Counted from the first letter of the stretch, positions 1 to 14,660 are shown. The stretch is DNA of 64,000 nucleotides from Callorhinchus milii (GCF_018977255.1 NW_024704742.1:74092001-74156000); one strand, 5' to 3'. Notes: generated by a model from the letters alone, not told the origin. Made by a program: numbers and translations.

Positions 1-1082
1 GTCGGAGCCTGACTCCATGCAGGAGGGGGAAGTTAGTCGTAAGCACGGTTGAAAAGGAAGGTTTTCAGGCGGGGCTTGACAAGGGGAAGGGGGAAAGGCA
101 GAGGGACTGTGTTCCAAAGGGAGAGTATTCCAAAGTTTTGGGACGTAGTGGCTGAAAGCGCGACCTCCAATGGTGGGTCAGAGGATGCGAGGGTCAAGCA
201 GGAGGCTGGTGCCAATCGAGCGGAGGCACCGGGTGATGGATTGGGGAGTGAGGAGGTCAGAGAGGTAGGGAGGTGCCAGAGAGTGAATGGATTTGAACAC
301 GAGTGTGAGGATCCGTTTGGTGATGGGGAGCCAGTGAAGCCTGGTCAGAATTGGTGAGATTTGGGTATGGAGTTTGGTCCGGGTCAGTATGCGGGCGGCA
401 GAATTCTGAATGAGCTGGATTTTTTGAATAGTGGAGTTGAGGAGACCGGCGAGGAGTGTGTTTGAGTAATCCAGGCGGGAGGTGACAAACACATGAATGA
501 GGGTTTGGGCTGAATTTGGGGTAAGGTACGGTCGGAGGCGGGCAATGTGGTGGAGGTGGAGGAAAGCGGTCCTGGTTAGGTACGAGATATGGGGGAGGAA
601 GGACTGCTAGGGGTTGAACTGGACGCCCAGATTGAGCACTGGTTCGGTGAGTCTGAGGGAGAGCCCAGGGAGGTTGAGGAGTTTAGATCTGCAGGAGTGA
701 AGACGTTGACGGAAGCCAAGGAGTATGGCTTCCATCTTGTCCACATTCAGCTGCAGAAAGTTTGCACTCATCCAGGCCCTGATGTTTGCCAGACAAGCTG
801 ATAGAACATCAATAGACCTGGAGTCAATGTTGGAGGAGGCAAAGTAGATTTGCATGTCATCCGCATACATGTGGAAGTTTACCCCGTGTCTGCGGATGAC
901 ATCACCCAGAGGGAGCATACAGATGAGGAAAAGAAGAGGGCCAAGGATGGAGCCCTGGGGTACCCCGCAGGTGACCGGGTGGGGGCGCGAGGAGAATCCA
1001 TTTGCTGAGATGAAGTGGAGGCAGTTGGTTAAGTAGGACTCGAACCATGCGAGAGTGGTCCCACTAAGGTGGATGAGGGAGG
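1..1082 (-). mobile_element. L2-clade LINE fragment (RT and C-terminal ORF2)
   Basis: GVPQGSILGPLLF, HMYADD, SRLDYSN, IQNSAAR, LHWLP; frameshifted. Confidence 0.9.
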
Positions 1083-2289
1083 ACAATTTGTATAAAACAC
1101 TGCATATTAGTCAAAGCCAATCAGATCTAATAAGGAGAAAGATTTTCCAACTGATCTTCCTCAGAGTCCACAAACCATTAAAACGTCCTTTGGCCTGGAA
1201 TAAATTGGCCTCAGAATTTATACACTGCAACCCACGAGAGCCAGACAGATCTTGAACATACAGGGAGATAGACATGGTTCACGATCAAGCAGTTTAACAA
1301 CACAGAGAAAAAAACTCTCAGCCTCCGGCATGACTAACAGGGACAGAGACGACTCACTATGTTTAACAGACCTGGAGGAGTGCAGGCACCTTTCTTCCAC
1401 AGCCAGTGTCCTGTATTCTCTCGCTATGGCTACTCTCACTCCCGGTTCTCACCCAGGTACCAACTAATTGGTCTCAGGCAACAACAATACATTCCTTTTT
1501 TATCCTTTCATGCCAGGAGGATGCCCCAAGGCACTGGACAGTCGAAGTTTTGCACCAGAGCTGGGAGTTGAGTTCGGGAGGGGTAGGGGCCAAGGGGGGT
1601 GAGGGTGGGAAGATGATCAAAGGTGTGATCAAAGAGGGCAGTCTTGAGACGGACCTTGATGGGGTGAAAGGAAGGCATAGCACTCGACTTCAGAATAGTC
1701 CAGACGTGGCCATGTGGCTAGGCCTCAGACCTTCTTTGTCTTCCCTGATCTGGCAGAGCCAGAAATTTCCTTCATGCAGTTCCAGAATCAGAGAGACTGG
1801 GGGCAAATCATGTTACAGCTTTCATACCACCCAATTCCTCTCAGTACAGTGCAAGACCCATTAGGCTCAGTTGGCTGCCACAATGTCTGACCTAAAGTCT
1901 GTTAAAACACTTAGTGTCAATGGGAGGGGGAGGGGAAGGACACTTCCCACACACAGAATAGGTAATGACATGATTTATATATGCTTAACAAACATTCAGC
2001 AATTTGAGGACATTACACCAAATAGCTTTGGAAAGTTAATAAAGGCAAGGCTCCTTCAATAGTTGCCAGCTTGTACATTGACACAAAGAGATTGAATTCA
2101 ACCGTAAAACTGAACAATTGTGTTTTGTTATTGGTTCGCACCAACGCCTAGCACCAAGGCAATTGTTCTGAACAATGGTGAAAGCTGCCTAAATCCAAAT
2201 ATTTGGGGTGGGGGGGGGGGGGGGGTGGAGCCATAACCTCGACTGAAGTACTGGTTTTAAGAAGAGACTTGAAGACAGATAGGGAAAGG

Positions 2290-2800
2290 ACGAGAGACAA
2301 TATGATACAAAATTGGATTTGTATAGCGCCTTTCACATTGGGAGGACGTCTCAAGGTGTTGGACAGTCATGGATTTGGACTTGAACTGGGGGTCGGGATT
2401 GAGGAGAGTGGAGGGCAGGGAGTTAGCCGAAGGCTCGGTCGAAGAGGAGGGTTTTGAGATGCGCCTTGAAGAAGGCAAGGGAGGGGGCGGGGCGAAGGGA
2501 ATGTGGGATAGAATTCCATAGGATGGGGGCAGAAAGGTTGAAGGCCTTTGGAGCGGGCCGGGTGGAGGATGTGGAGCAGGCCATACCCTGCTGAACGGAG
2601 GGAACAGGTTGATATGGGATCAGCAGATCGCAGAGGTAGGAAGGAGCAAAGTCGTGGAGGGCCTTGAAGGCGAGGACGAGGATTTTGAACTCTATCCTCT
2701 GGGGATAGGGAGCCAGTGGAGCTGGGAATAGATGATGGGGTCACAGAGCTTCGTGTGGGAGAGGACAAGAGCTGCAGATATAGTGAGCTTTAGGGAGTTC
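2290..2800 (-). mobile_element. L2 LINE 3' fragment
   Basis: LHWLPIP..RVQN-like segment and TGTGAAAGGCGCTATACAAAT tail. Confidence 0.8.
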
Positions 2801-4167
2801 CAGAGGTTTGGGGTGTAAAGTCTGAGGCCTGTGACCAATGCTGGAGGACACTTTTGAGGTCCATAATAATAATAATGATGATGGCTTGACAAAGTATCTG
2901 ATGAACAAAATATCAACCTCATGCAAAAAGTAGCTATTTTCAAACTTCTAAGAAAAGTAACAACAAATATGTAATATATAGGTCTGACTGATCCATCACC
3001 GGAAACCACTTAGAAAATACCTCTACAGAATGATTTAAACTGTAATAACATAACAATAAGAAATATAATAATTAACTTTGTATTGCACCTTTCAAATCCG
3101 AGCATGAGCCATGTGGTTCTGCAGTATTCCAGGGCACTGCTGATGACAGCACAGCCATCAGCAGCACTTGGAGGAGGGCAAGGATTTTTCTCACTCAGCT
3201 CTTGTTAACCCTGTGAGCCAAATCTCTAATAGGTAAGTAAGTGCTAGCTAAACAAGCAGCAGGACGTCACAAAGCACTTCACAGGATACACTGTAAAGTA
3301 CAATGACTGTGTGTTATGTGAACGAACATGACAGCAAATTCATTTCAAGCACCGCAATGAAACAGCCATGAAGTGAATGACCATTTATTTTTCTTTACTA
3401 ATAGTACTGCAGGATCATTAGCAGCCACCTGAACAGGCAGATGCAACCTTGGTTACTGTCTCATCCAAAGGATGGCACCTTCAGCAATGCAGCACACCTC
3501 CAGCGCTACACTGGACTGCCAGCTTAGGCTATAGGAATTCCAAGTCTCGATGAAGCTTGAACCTACAACTATCTGACTGAGAGGCGAGAGTGCTACCAAC
3601 TGAGCCAGGCATTCCTGTGTGAAGGACCATTTCATGGATGTGCTGAGTTTCATCCTCCTTTGTGGAGGGGGGGCGCGGGGGGTGGAGCAGAGGTAAGTAG
3701 AGTCGTGTAGGGTAGTGCTAGCTGGACAAGCAGCAGGAATCTTGCCACACTGTGCTCTCAACAACAAGCTGTGCAGTTTTAAACTCCAGCAGTACTCCAA
3801 AGCATATCTTTGGATCCCTAAGCTTTGGCTCTCACCAACTAGCAGGGTGCTTCCCTCCAGGGATAGAGTGCTGATTCCATTCCAGACACAGGGAAATGAC
3901 CAAGTGTATGCGGAGGACAGATGTGGAACACTCCTTCTGGTATGGACCCTCTTAAGGATGGGTTTCCATATGTCAGCACCCAGCTGTCACACAACAATAA
4001 AATACCGCAGAGTTTATCACTGGTAAAAAGATCCCAGTTTACATAGGACACTGAAACAAGGAGATAATATTTCCTGGAAGTCAAGGTGGAGTTAATTACG
4101 AGTGATCAAATAGAGAAATGGTGGGCATGATACTCAATTTTCCACATGAGGAAACAAAGGAGGGGAG

Positions 4168-5197
4168 AAACAACAACAACAAAATTACATTTATAGAGCG
4201 TCTTTCACATCGGGAGGACGTCCCAAAACACTGAACAGTCAGGTGTCGGGATCCGAGCATGGGGGAGGGGTGGTGTAGGGGTGAGGGAAGGCAGAGAGGT
4301 GGGAGGGTGCCAAAGGCACGATTGAAGAGAAGGGTCTTGAGACCAGTTTTGAAGGAGGCGAGGGAGGGAGCGAGGCGAAGGGACTGTGGGATGGAGTTCC
4401 AGAGTGTGGGGGCAGAGAGGCTGAAAGCCCGGCCACCGATGGTAGGGCAGGTTGGGCGGGAGACATGGAGTAGACCGGAGCCCACTGAACGGAGGGAGTG
4501 GGCAGGTTGGTAGGTAGTCAGCAGGTCAGAGATGGTGGCATTGCCAGTCATTGCACGGATGTGGTGGAGAAAGGACAGTTCAGGGTCAAACAAGATCCCA
4601 GGTTCCTGACTGGCTTAGTGAGGTTGAGTGTACAGCTGTGGGCTGATGCTGCCAGCGCCTGAGGTGCGGAGGTGCTGGCGCGAGCCAATCAGGAGGGCCC
4701 CGGTCTTGCTGACGTTGAGTTGGAGAAAGTTGTCCCTCATCCAGGACTTCATGTCGGACAGGCAGTCGGTCAGGATGCCAGTAGTCCTGGAGTTGAGGGT
4801 GGAGGCAGAGAAATAAAAGTTTGGTATCATCCGTATACATGTGGAAATTTACCCCATGTCTGCGGATGATGTCATCAAGGGGGAGCATGTAGAAGGTGAA
4901 GAGGAGAGAACCAAGGACAGAGTCCTGAGGAACACTGCACGAGACAGTGCAGGGGCTGGAGGAGGAGTCGTTTGCAGAGACAAAGTGGAGGCGGTGTGAA
5001 AGGTAGGACCTGAACCAATCGAGGACAGAACCTTGAAGGTTGAGGTGGGAGGAGAGGCGGTGGAGGAGGATTGAGTGGTCCACGGTGTCAAAGGCACTGG
5101 AGAGGTCGAGGAGGACGAAGAGGCAGGGGGAGCCCTGGTCGCACATGGTCAGGATGTCATTTGTGATCTTAACCAGAGCAGTTTCTGTGCTGTGGGC
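4168..5197 (-). mobile_element. L2 LINE 3' fragment with internal deletion
   Basis: LLDLSSAFDTVDH, HMYTDD, APTLWNS; (GTT)n tail. Confidence 0.9.
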
Positions 5198-6019
5198 AAG
5201 AAAACAATTGAAAACTCTTTACTACATTATTAAAAGCAATTAGATTTTTCTGACTCCTGGAGCGAATAGGAGATAAAGGGCAAGAACAAGTGACAAGGCA
5301 GATCTACTTGATATATGAGGTTCAAAGTTCTTAAAAAATGATTGTATTTCAAGGCCCCGTGGAACAATGAAATTCCCATTTGTATGTCCAGGATGAACCA
5401 CCAAAAATGGACTTCAGTGAATGTTAGAAAGGGAGACATGGAGCAGGCCGGAGTCCAATGTGAGCGGACAGGTTGATGTTGGTCAGCAGGTCACAGAGGT
5501 TGGGAGGAGCAAGGATGTGGGGGACTTTGAAGGCTAGGACAAGGGTTTTGACATCTATCCTACAGAGAGATGGGGAACTAGTGGAGCCGGACGAGGGGGG
5601 GTGGTGGGAGGGGGGGGTTGTTGGGTGCGACGCATTTGTTTTTGCAGACTCCACAAAAAATTGCGGGCACGATATTCTATTGGCCAGCCTAATTGTTAAA
5701 AACTAAGGCTTATATGCAGCACCTTTGGAGTTAGGATGATAAACACTCTGATGCCTGAAGACAGGTCAACCATCCAGTGAGGGATGCCTCTGTCAACAGA
5801 GGGAAACATCACAGTTAAGCCTGCAAATACAATCAACTCAATAAGGTTTGTTTCAAGGCTGGCTGCTTCTTGATTGATTTGAGGGAGATAAAGGCCTTGT
5901 GGTTCATTGTGGAAGAGGGTTAGTTGCATTACTGTTAGCCTTTCATTATCAACAAAATCCAGCAGTTATACTTCAGGAATTTCAGATAATGAACTCTCAC
6001 CGTGATGGAGGATTTATTT

Positions 6020-6630
6020 GGGTCAGTCAGGTGTCTGACACAATGCGGACACCCATCACCATGCTTAAGAGTATCCAAACCAAGATGAGATTTCCATGCA
6101 TCCCACCTATAGATGGAAATCCCAGATATAGATTGTTGGAATGGAATAAGCCCTCTCTCCCTGGAGGGACACATCCTGCTTACTCAATTCCGGAAAGTAT
6201 TAGGTACAGGTTAGCAAGAGCCAAGGCTTGGGGACCCCAGAGTGTGGTTGGGGATTGCTGGTGTCTAACTAGGTAAAACTGCATAGCTTGCCATTGATAT
6301 TGCTGTCTGGCAAGCTTTCCCGCTGCTTGTCCAGCTAGAACCACCCAACCTTTTAGGGCTTTGGCTTGCAGGGTTAACAGGAGCTGAGTGAGATGACTCC
6401 CTGGCCCCAGTGACTGAACTGCCCTTCCAGGTCCTGCCGATGAGCCCCGCTTGGCTGCACTGTCATCAGCAGTGCTTTGGAATACTTCGGTACTCAGGAA
6501 CCAGACTAGAGACCATCACAGAGATCTGGCTCGATTCCGACATTCCATTGCCAACCATGTCACCTTGGAGCCAGTTCAGCTCCAAGCAAACTCCACTTAC
6601 TCCCGCAAGGAGGATCGACTCCTCCCCCCC
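6020..6630 (+). repeat. Unclassified interspersed repeat (longest copy in the window)
   Basis: Homologous pieces at about 3690-3800(-), 29990-30135/31030-31200, 32435-32600, 32735-32892(-), 45470-45560, 55020-55279/56273-56520. Confidence 0.8.
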
Positions 6631-7449
6631 CCCCGATGGAGGATGTAACACTTGAGTTCTATAGCCCTGAAGCAATGTGATAGAAGCGATCAAGGCAGGA
6701 GCTTAAAACCAATTAAGGCCAGATCAGATCATGTAACAGTACCAGTAGGGATTTCTCTCAATTTGACAAATGTTATAGGTTTAGAGATCTGCTTGGGAAA
6801 TACAGCTGTCCCAAAAATGAATTCTGTTCCCTACCAGTCTGAATGCATAACAGATGGATTAATAATTATCCACCAGTTCAATAATAAACAAACAATTTAC
6901 ATTGGCTCAGTAACTAGCATTCTTGCCTTCAGGTTGGAAAGTTGTAGGTTCATGCCCCACACCAGAATTTGAGTTCATAATCTAGGCTAACACACCAGTG
7001 CAGTCCTCAGACAGGGCTGTTCTTCAGATTAAACTAAAGCCCCATTCCATGTGTGCTTGTTGTGAAAGTTCAAATATTGTAAAATGTCTGTGGTAATGAA
7101 TTAAAGAACAGAGATTTGTTCTAATTTCCTGCCCAATATTCCTCAGCCAAAGATCACCAAAAACAAAATATTAATTGGTCACAACAACTTGCATTTATAT
7201 AGTGTCTTGCACTCAGGGCAGGGTCTCTGGAGCGCTGCTTATTTATCTGATTACTGTTTGTGGGTCGCAACTGGCATTTAAATTGCTGCATAAGTAAAAA
7301 CAATCGATATTATATGGCGTGCAAATATAGTTTGTAATCTTTAATCAAGTACTAGACTTTACAACTGCGTTTTGATTGAGCATTGTGAGTCAAGTCAATT
7401 ATTAATAGAAGTACATCAGATAGCAACTAATTGCATTATAAAACACGAT

Positions 7450-7810
7450 AAGGTCACGGAGCCTCGTGCGGGAGAGGCCACGAGCTGCAGAGTTCTGGAT
7501 GATCTGCAGCCTGTGGAGGGAGGAGTTGGGGTGGCCGACAAGCAGTGAGTTTGCATAGTCGAGCCTGGTTGTTATGAATGCATGTATGAGGGTCTTGGCA
7601 GCCTGTGGTGTGAGACAGTGAAGGAGCTGGGCGACGTTGCAGAGGTGGGGGAAGGCAGAGTGGGTCATGGTGCAGATGTGGGGTAGAAAGGATAGTTGAG
7701 GGTCAAACAAGGTTCCGGACTGGCTTAGCAAGGTGGAATGTGCAACCATGGATGGTGATGCTATCAGACCCTGAGGTGAGGAGGCGCTGATGGGAGCCAA
7801 TCAGGAGAGC
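7450..7810 (-). mobile_element. L2 LINE fragment
   Basis: HAFITTRLDYANSLL...IQNSAAR. Confidence 0.85.
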
Positions 7811-10366
7811 AACAGGTCAAGAAACATAAAAAAAACATTCCTTCCCTGTGCTCTTGCAGTGATGCAGATTCCAGAAATGTCTCGAGAGGCTACCACAACA
7901 ACAACAAGAACAAGATTACGTTTCACAAACTGTCTCCTCCCTCCACCTTCCCATGCCTAGCCCATCCTCTCCTCAAATTCCAACTGTGAGGAGATGCTGG
8001 ACTTCCTCGAATCCAAAATCGAGGGGATACGTTCAGCCACCTCAGCCCAGTCCACCACCACCCCCACATCACCTCTCCCTCATGACCCACCTACCCAAGC
8101 CCCTCTATACCGTAACCAGGTCTCTCCAACCAGTGTATAAGATAGCAAGTATGCAAGTAGAAGATAGCAACTTGGGGATCTAAAAGAGAATTTAGGAGGG
8201 ACTAATTCACGCAGCGGGTAGTGAGTTTGCGGTCCTTGCTGCCTGAAGCAGTGGTTGAATCAGATCGTGTAGATACATTCAGGAGGAAGCTCGACCTCCA
8301 CATGAGAAGCGGGCAATAGAAGGTTATGGGAGGGAGTAAGGAGTGGGTGAAGACTTGTGTGGAGTATAAGCACCGGCAAGAACTGATTGGCCTGAGTGGT
8401 GTGTTTCCGTGCTGTACATTCTTTTAATTTTTTTCATAATCCCTTAACATGTTTACATAAAGATTAATCTATTGCTTGAATGCCTTTGATCTTCTGCAGC
8501 AGTTCATTCCATGTGGTTCCTTTGTGTAAAGATTGCTTTCTGAGTATGCTTTCACTGGTTTAATTCTAATATAAAATTTATGTTCTCTCTAACTTCATGT
8601 AGAGTGAAGTTATAGAATCATAATGTTAACAGCACAAAACAGATATTTTGTCCCTATGCTCTGGCAGGTTCCTGCATTAAAAATGTCTGATTTATGGGTT
8701 ATCAGATTGCTGCCAATGCCACTTCCTGTGTGCTGGTATGTGTAATGTGTAGGAAGTGATGGTGGTGGTAATCTAATGATCTGGAAGTTGTCAATTTTAG
8801 TATGAGAGTATCTCCCTGAATGAGGTCCATAATGAAACTGCATTACAGCCATACTGCATTACAGACAAATGACCACCATAAAAGAGGTGCATAATTATGT
8901 AGCCCACACTATTATCCTCTTGTGCCGGAGTTTACTAAATGCCTTCTGAAAATCCACATACATAACCTCTGCGTCTCTACTATCCACAACCTTACAAATT
9001 CTGCCAAAGAATTCTTATTAGGTTGTTTAGACATGCCACCCTCACAACCATGCTGATTGCCAGGCTCTTCTTGATTATGAAGTTCCTCACACTCTCTAAT
9101 GATGGGGTCTAGTAATAAGTAATGTTCCTACTGTTGACTTTAAACTCTCTGCCTGTACTTACTTGAATTCTCTCTTCCTCACGTTTGTGCGACATTTAAT
9201 ATCTTTGGTATTATTCCAGAATCCAGGGAATTAAAACTCTTACCCAAAATTCTTTACACTTATTTTTAATCCCTGTGGTCTGGTGACTCAGAAGTTTCAG
9301 TCTCATTAATTTGTCCATTGCAGTCTTTCTACCTTATCTTTTTAACTCCATCTACAGCACGAATGTTCCTCCTACTGACAGCATCATATCCCTCATTTCC
9401 ACTGTGGAGATTAAAGCAAAATATTCATTCAACATTGTCCTTGTCCAATTCAAGTGTTACTGAGACCATCTCCTCTTTCATTAATCTTTCTTATTGTAAT
9501 TATAAAACATCTATTTTCACTAAAACCATCTATATGTTTTCATGCTCTCTGCTCTCCTATTTTCTGGACTTCCTTGTATTGTTTTCTGTAAAGCCTCCTT
9601 GCCACTTTCTCTCACCCTTACAGAAGGCTGATACAAATTTCCTATGCACATAAAGAAAGGATAGGAAGGAAAGAACTCAGAGGCACAACTGGTGTTGTGT
9701 ATCGAAGTGGCACATAACACAACTAGATTAATCACCCCAAGTATCCAGGGCATCCAACTACCTGCCAATTACTAAGATCACATGAAAGCCAAACACTGGC
9801 AAGTTGCCCAGCCTCATATCCACTCCATCAGCTTTTTGACAGCTTGCCTTACACCTTTCAGGATTTATGTACATTGACTGGTTTAAAAGATCACCTGTTC
9901 CTTATCTTGATCATTTTATGGAGAACTTTATTGGCATTCACTCTCCAATAAAAAAGGCTGTAATAAATACCATAAGTAGTAATAAAATTTGAAAAGTACT
10001 ACAAAATGAAACGTTACTAATAGCCAGAACCTATAGTTCTCACATTAACAAAACATTAAATACAAATTAGAAGATAAAGATTATAATATGTTTAAAGTCG
10101 GAAGCTTTTAACCCAAACTAGTTTTATAAACCGATCCATTGCCATGGGTTCAGTATTGCAAGTTATATACCATAAACAACTACATTTATGGGGACAGTCA
10201 CAGACTTCCATTTCCAGATTTGGTCGGCGAGTTGCTTGAAATTAAATGGTTAAAAAGTGGAATACAACCTTTCAATTTATAGTGCATCAGCTACATCCCC
10301 TATTTTATTACAACAAGTCTGAAACACTTCCTGATTCAAAGTTATCTAATTATGGACAGTTCTTAC

Positions 10367-10602
10367 CTGATTTATAATATATACTCCATAGTCAAGCTGC
10401 TGCCGTTGCAGAATTGGATGCAAGTAAGATAACCAGTATTTCAGGTGTTCATCACGATTACGAAAAGGAATGAGGATGGCAACTTTCTGAAGTGCCACAC
10501 AGTCTGCTGGGGTAAAGTGTCCACCCTCTCTTACCATTGGATTAGCCTTCATCACATCCTCCAAATTAACAGGTCGGGAAAATTCTACTGCAAGTGGTCC
10601 CA
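10367..10602 (-). CDS. B4GALT1: B4GALT1 coding exon 2 (236 bp); downstream exons not found in window
   Basis: ttatag|TG GGA CCA completes V-GPLAVEF...KVAILIPFRNRDEHLKYWLSYLHPILQRQQLDYGVYIINQ|GTAAG; GT7 family motif; phase fits exon 1. Confidence 0.93.
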
Positions 10603-11968
10603 CTATAAGAGGGCAAAATAAACCATAATTAAATCAGTGTCAAAAGTTGGTCACTTGCTAGCTATAGCATTTTATCCGTTTTCAAGACTCTTCCTGACTA
10701 GAATCATTGCTTGAAATAACTTCCATCAAAAATATTTTTTTTAAAAAATGAAATACAAAATGCAGAGGGTGCTTTACAAAACAAACTAAAAAGGTCAGCA
10801 TACAATTTTGGAGAACAAGTCAGTGACTGAAGGAAGAAATATTGCTACGTAAACATGCTTTGAAAAAGATAAAACAAGGAAATTATAGCAACAGCATCAA
10901 ACAAACAGAACTTGCGAAGAAGAGGAACGGAACTGTTAATGATTGATACACTTGGAAGAGAAATACCAGTGAGTCAAACAACAAAACTAAAAGCTGGCAC
11001 ACTGTAAAAAAATATGGAAAATGCCAGTAAATTATCAGCATTTGTAAGGGAAAGATAAGGTTATGCTTATCCTGTTATTATTATTCCCAAGTAGATTTAA
11101 TGCATAAACAGCTACAAAACTATCTATCCTTTTCAGAGTTTCAACCTGACATGCATAAGCTACTACTTCCTACATAGTACCCCATACCACACAAGTTGCT
11201 GCTTCCTGTATCCTATGTAGCATCCTCCACCTTACATGTAAGCTACTTCCTGCATCTTAAACAGCATTGCTGCACATAATGTGTTTGTTTCCAACCTGTC
11301 TAAAGGATAAATTAGATAAAACTATCAGAGATAATGAGGATTATGGTAGATGTATTAAATTAGTTTTTTTACATTAAATCTTCTCAAAAAAACATTGTAG
11401 TTTATTATAATAATTATTGCATTTGGTATTTCACGTTGGGAGGACTTCCCAAATTCAACTGTGAAGTGGAGTGTTTGTAGGAGAATGCGGCGACCAATTT
11501 TGCGCACAGCAATGACTCACAAACAGCCATGGAGTGAGTGACCAATTTTATTTGGTAGGATTGTTGGCCAGGACACCGGGAGAAACTCCCTTCTCTTTTC
11601 GAATAGCTCCATTGGATCTTTAACTTCCACCAGTGCCTCAGTTAACGTTGCATCTGAAGGACAACACCTCCAGCAATGCAACACCTCCTCAGCACTGCAT
11701 TGGAGTGCCATCTTAGACTAGGGGTCTCCAACCGATTGATCCCCGCTCGAAGGTGCTCTCATTTCCTCTGTTTTTTAAAGAGATCAGAGAGAAGAAAGAG
11801 AGAAAAGTATGTCCAATAGTTCTAAAAGAATTATGGAAAGAGGAGGCTCAATGGCAGAATAGTGTGTTGCTCAAGACCTTCATGTTCAGACACTTTAAGA
11901 CAATCTGAGAACATTTGTTAAATAGTGACATTACCTTTTTGGTGTTCATAGTCTAATCACTTGATTGA

Positions 11969-12292
11969 AATAATAATAATAATAATCCTTGCATTTGATA
12001 TAGCGCTTTTCATGTCGGAGGACGTCCCAAATCGCTTCACAGAACACACTGTAAAGTGAATTGACTGTATATTTGTGGGCGAACACGGCAGGCAATTGCG
12101 CACAGCAATGTCCCACAAACAGTCGTAGATTGAAAATGACCAATTTATTATTGTTTTTTTGTTTTGGAGGGATTATTATTAGGCTCTGTGTGGAGTAAGG
12201 AAACTTGCCCAAGGTTTCGCCCTCTGCCTGGAATTGAACTCAGGTCTCTCATTTGCAAAGCGAGTGCTCTAACCACTGAGCTACAGGACTCC
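11969..12292 (-). mobile_element. tRNA(Ala-like)-headed SINE, short subfamily, complete
   Basis: GGAGTCCTGTAGCTCAGTGGTTAGAGC...TTGCA...GAGTTCAATTCC head (A and B boxes), L2-like tail, (TTA)n; near-identical to 61617-61941. Confidence 0.9.
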
Positions 12293-12789
12293 ACAACAAA
12301 CGCCAAACCATCCAAAACCAGATGGCACAGTGGAAAATTGAGAATGCACCACGTGTAGTTTGTTACAAGCAACAGGAATGTACTTTACATATACCGATAC
12401 CTTTCGTTGCCCAGAATAGTAAAGCAGATGCTTATTGTATTGTCAGGATTTCTCTTAACAGTGTATGCAACCAAACTAATGACAATGATCATTTCTAAAA
12501 TAAACTGGTGCTGACCGTACTAAAGAACACATAATGCAGGGAGAAAGATGGAGAATCTGCCAAACCATCTCAGGCTTCATGCAACTTTATTTTGGCAGTA
12601 GATTGGGCAAGCTATTAATCTCATATGGAGCATAACAAAAACTAAAACTACAGTTAATCATATTAACAACTTGTAAGAACAAACCTTAGCCAAAACCACA
12701 TACTCAAAAACAGCTGAATTCTAGATCCAATACAGCTGATCAAGATTATTATGACAATATAGCCTTTCATTTGTTTTAAAGTCAGGCAC

Positions 12790-14660
12790 ATTGATTGCCC
12801 CATTCCCCACCATCACTGCAAGACCTGCTGGACCCAGACCCCGGGGGCCAACCTCTCCTCCCTCATCCTGGTTCCCGTCCTCCCTGCCTATCACTCCATT
12901 ACCCCTTCCCGTCTCACACATTCCCCCGGCAACGGTCCTCTCCACACCGGCCTACAAAATGTCCGCTCCATCTGCAACAAGTCTCTGACCATTAATGATC
13001 TCATCATTGATGAAAATATCGACATCATGGCCCTCACTGAAACCTGGATTACCCCAGGCAACACCTTCCCTTCACTGAGGCCACACCACCTGGCTCTACC
13101 TCCCACCATATCCCACGTCCCAACTGCTGTGGTGGTGGTGTGGCCCTAGTCTCCAGGGCCTCACTTGCTCTATCCCCCTACACCTCTGGCTCATTCCCCT
13201 CATTTGAGCACCTTTCACTTCACCATTCCTCCAATCTTTCCCTCCAAATTCTCATTTACCACCCACCCAAAACCTCCCCCACCTTCATTTCTGATGTCTC
13301 CACCCTCCTAGCTTCTCTCTGCCTCTGTTCTGAATGCCTCCTCATCCTCGGCAACTTCACTTCACCCCCTCCTGCTCCATCTCCTCGGACTTCTCTCTCT
13401 TTTCCTTTCACAATCTCTCCTGCCACCCACGTTCATGGCTACCCACTCGACCTGGTGATTACCCGGGGCCTCAGTGTCTCGGATATCACGATCACAGGCA
13501 AAGCCATCCCCGATCACCATTTCATCTCCTTCAACTCCTCAATCACTTTCCCAACTACCACCAAACAAACCTCCAGCTCCTAGAAAAAAATCTCCCTGCA
13601 ATCCCTCTCCACTGCTCTGGAGTCATCTGAACTCCTCCCCCTCTGGCCTACCCCCCGCACTGATTTACCCTCCTCGCTCAATCTCCTCCACAACTCCCTC
13701 GCCACCACCGTCCTTGCCCCCCTCAGCTCCCGAATCGTCTTCTACTCATAAACCTCACCTTGCTACAATAGCCACCTCTGCTCCCTCAAGGGTCAGGTAT
13801 GGGCCGCCGAATGCACCTGGCTCAAATCTGATCTAACAGTCCACCAGCAGATCTGGCTGTATCACATCAAAACGTACCGCTCCACCCTTGCCTCTGCCAA
13901 ACAGGCCTCCTACTCCAAAATAATCTTGGAGGCGAAAGCAAACCCCAGGCTCCTGTTCTCCACCACCAACCGACTCCTCCACCCATCCTCCCACGTCTCG
14001 CCCATTCTCTCCTCAGGCTCTGACTGTGAGGAGATGCTGGATTTCCTCGAGTCTAAAATCGAGGGGATCTGTTCACTGCCTCCACCCTCCCAACTGCCAC
14101 TCCCTTCCCCCACCACACTCCGACCCCTATCCATCCCTCCCTCCACAAATTCTTGAACCTGTCTTCCCCTCCTCTCTCATCACCATAACCAGCATTAAAC
14201 AAACTACCTGCTAGCTTGACACCATCCCCAGCCCTCTCCTTACCTCCCAGCTCCCCTTCCTCACCCCTCTACTCTCCAATACCATCAATCTCTCCTTATC
14301 ATCCGGTACTGTTCCCATCCCCCTAAAAACAGTTATAATTACCCCTTTCCTGAAAAGAATCCTCCCCAGACCCATCCCTGATTTCTAATTACCTGCCAAT
14401 CTCCAAACTCCCTTTTCTTTCCAAGGTCCTTGAAAGAGTCATTGCTTCCCAGCTTCGCTCTTTTGTCTCCTACCACTCCCTTCACGAGCCTCTCCAATCT
14501 TGTTTCCGTACTGCTCTGATCAAGGTGGCAACAACATCCTGTCTATCTGTGACAAGGGCTCCCTCTGCCTCCTCTTCCTCCCTGCTGCCTTCAATACTGT
14601 GGAATACTCCATCCTCCTCCACTGTCTCTCCTCTCACCTCAACCTTCAAGGTTCCTTGAA
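12790..14660 (+). mobile_element. Degenerate L2 LINE ORF2 (APE endonuclease to start of RT)
   Basis: IDIMALTETW, IYHPPK, LDLVITRG, DHHFI, PFLSKVLE; many frameshifts. Confidence 0.85.

Noticed and set aside
9300..9330. TAMDKL on the minus strand as a possible B4GALT1 exon 3 end (AMDKF)
   Set aside because: Context continues as a degenerate CR1 KL..LK..SP motif; no FNRAKL or SDVD upstream.
11712..11940. TAGGGGTCTCCAAC as the partner end of the 19054-23602 hAT
   Set aside because: Different TIR sequence and flank; more likely a fragment of a separate Charlie-like element.
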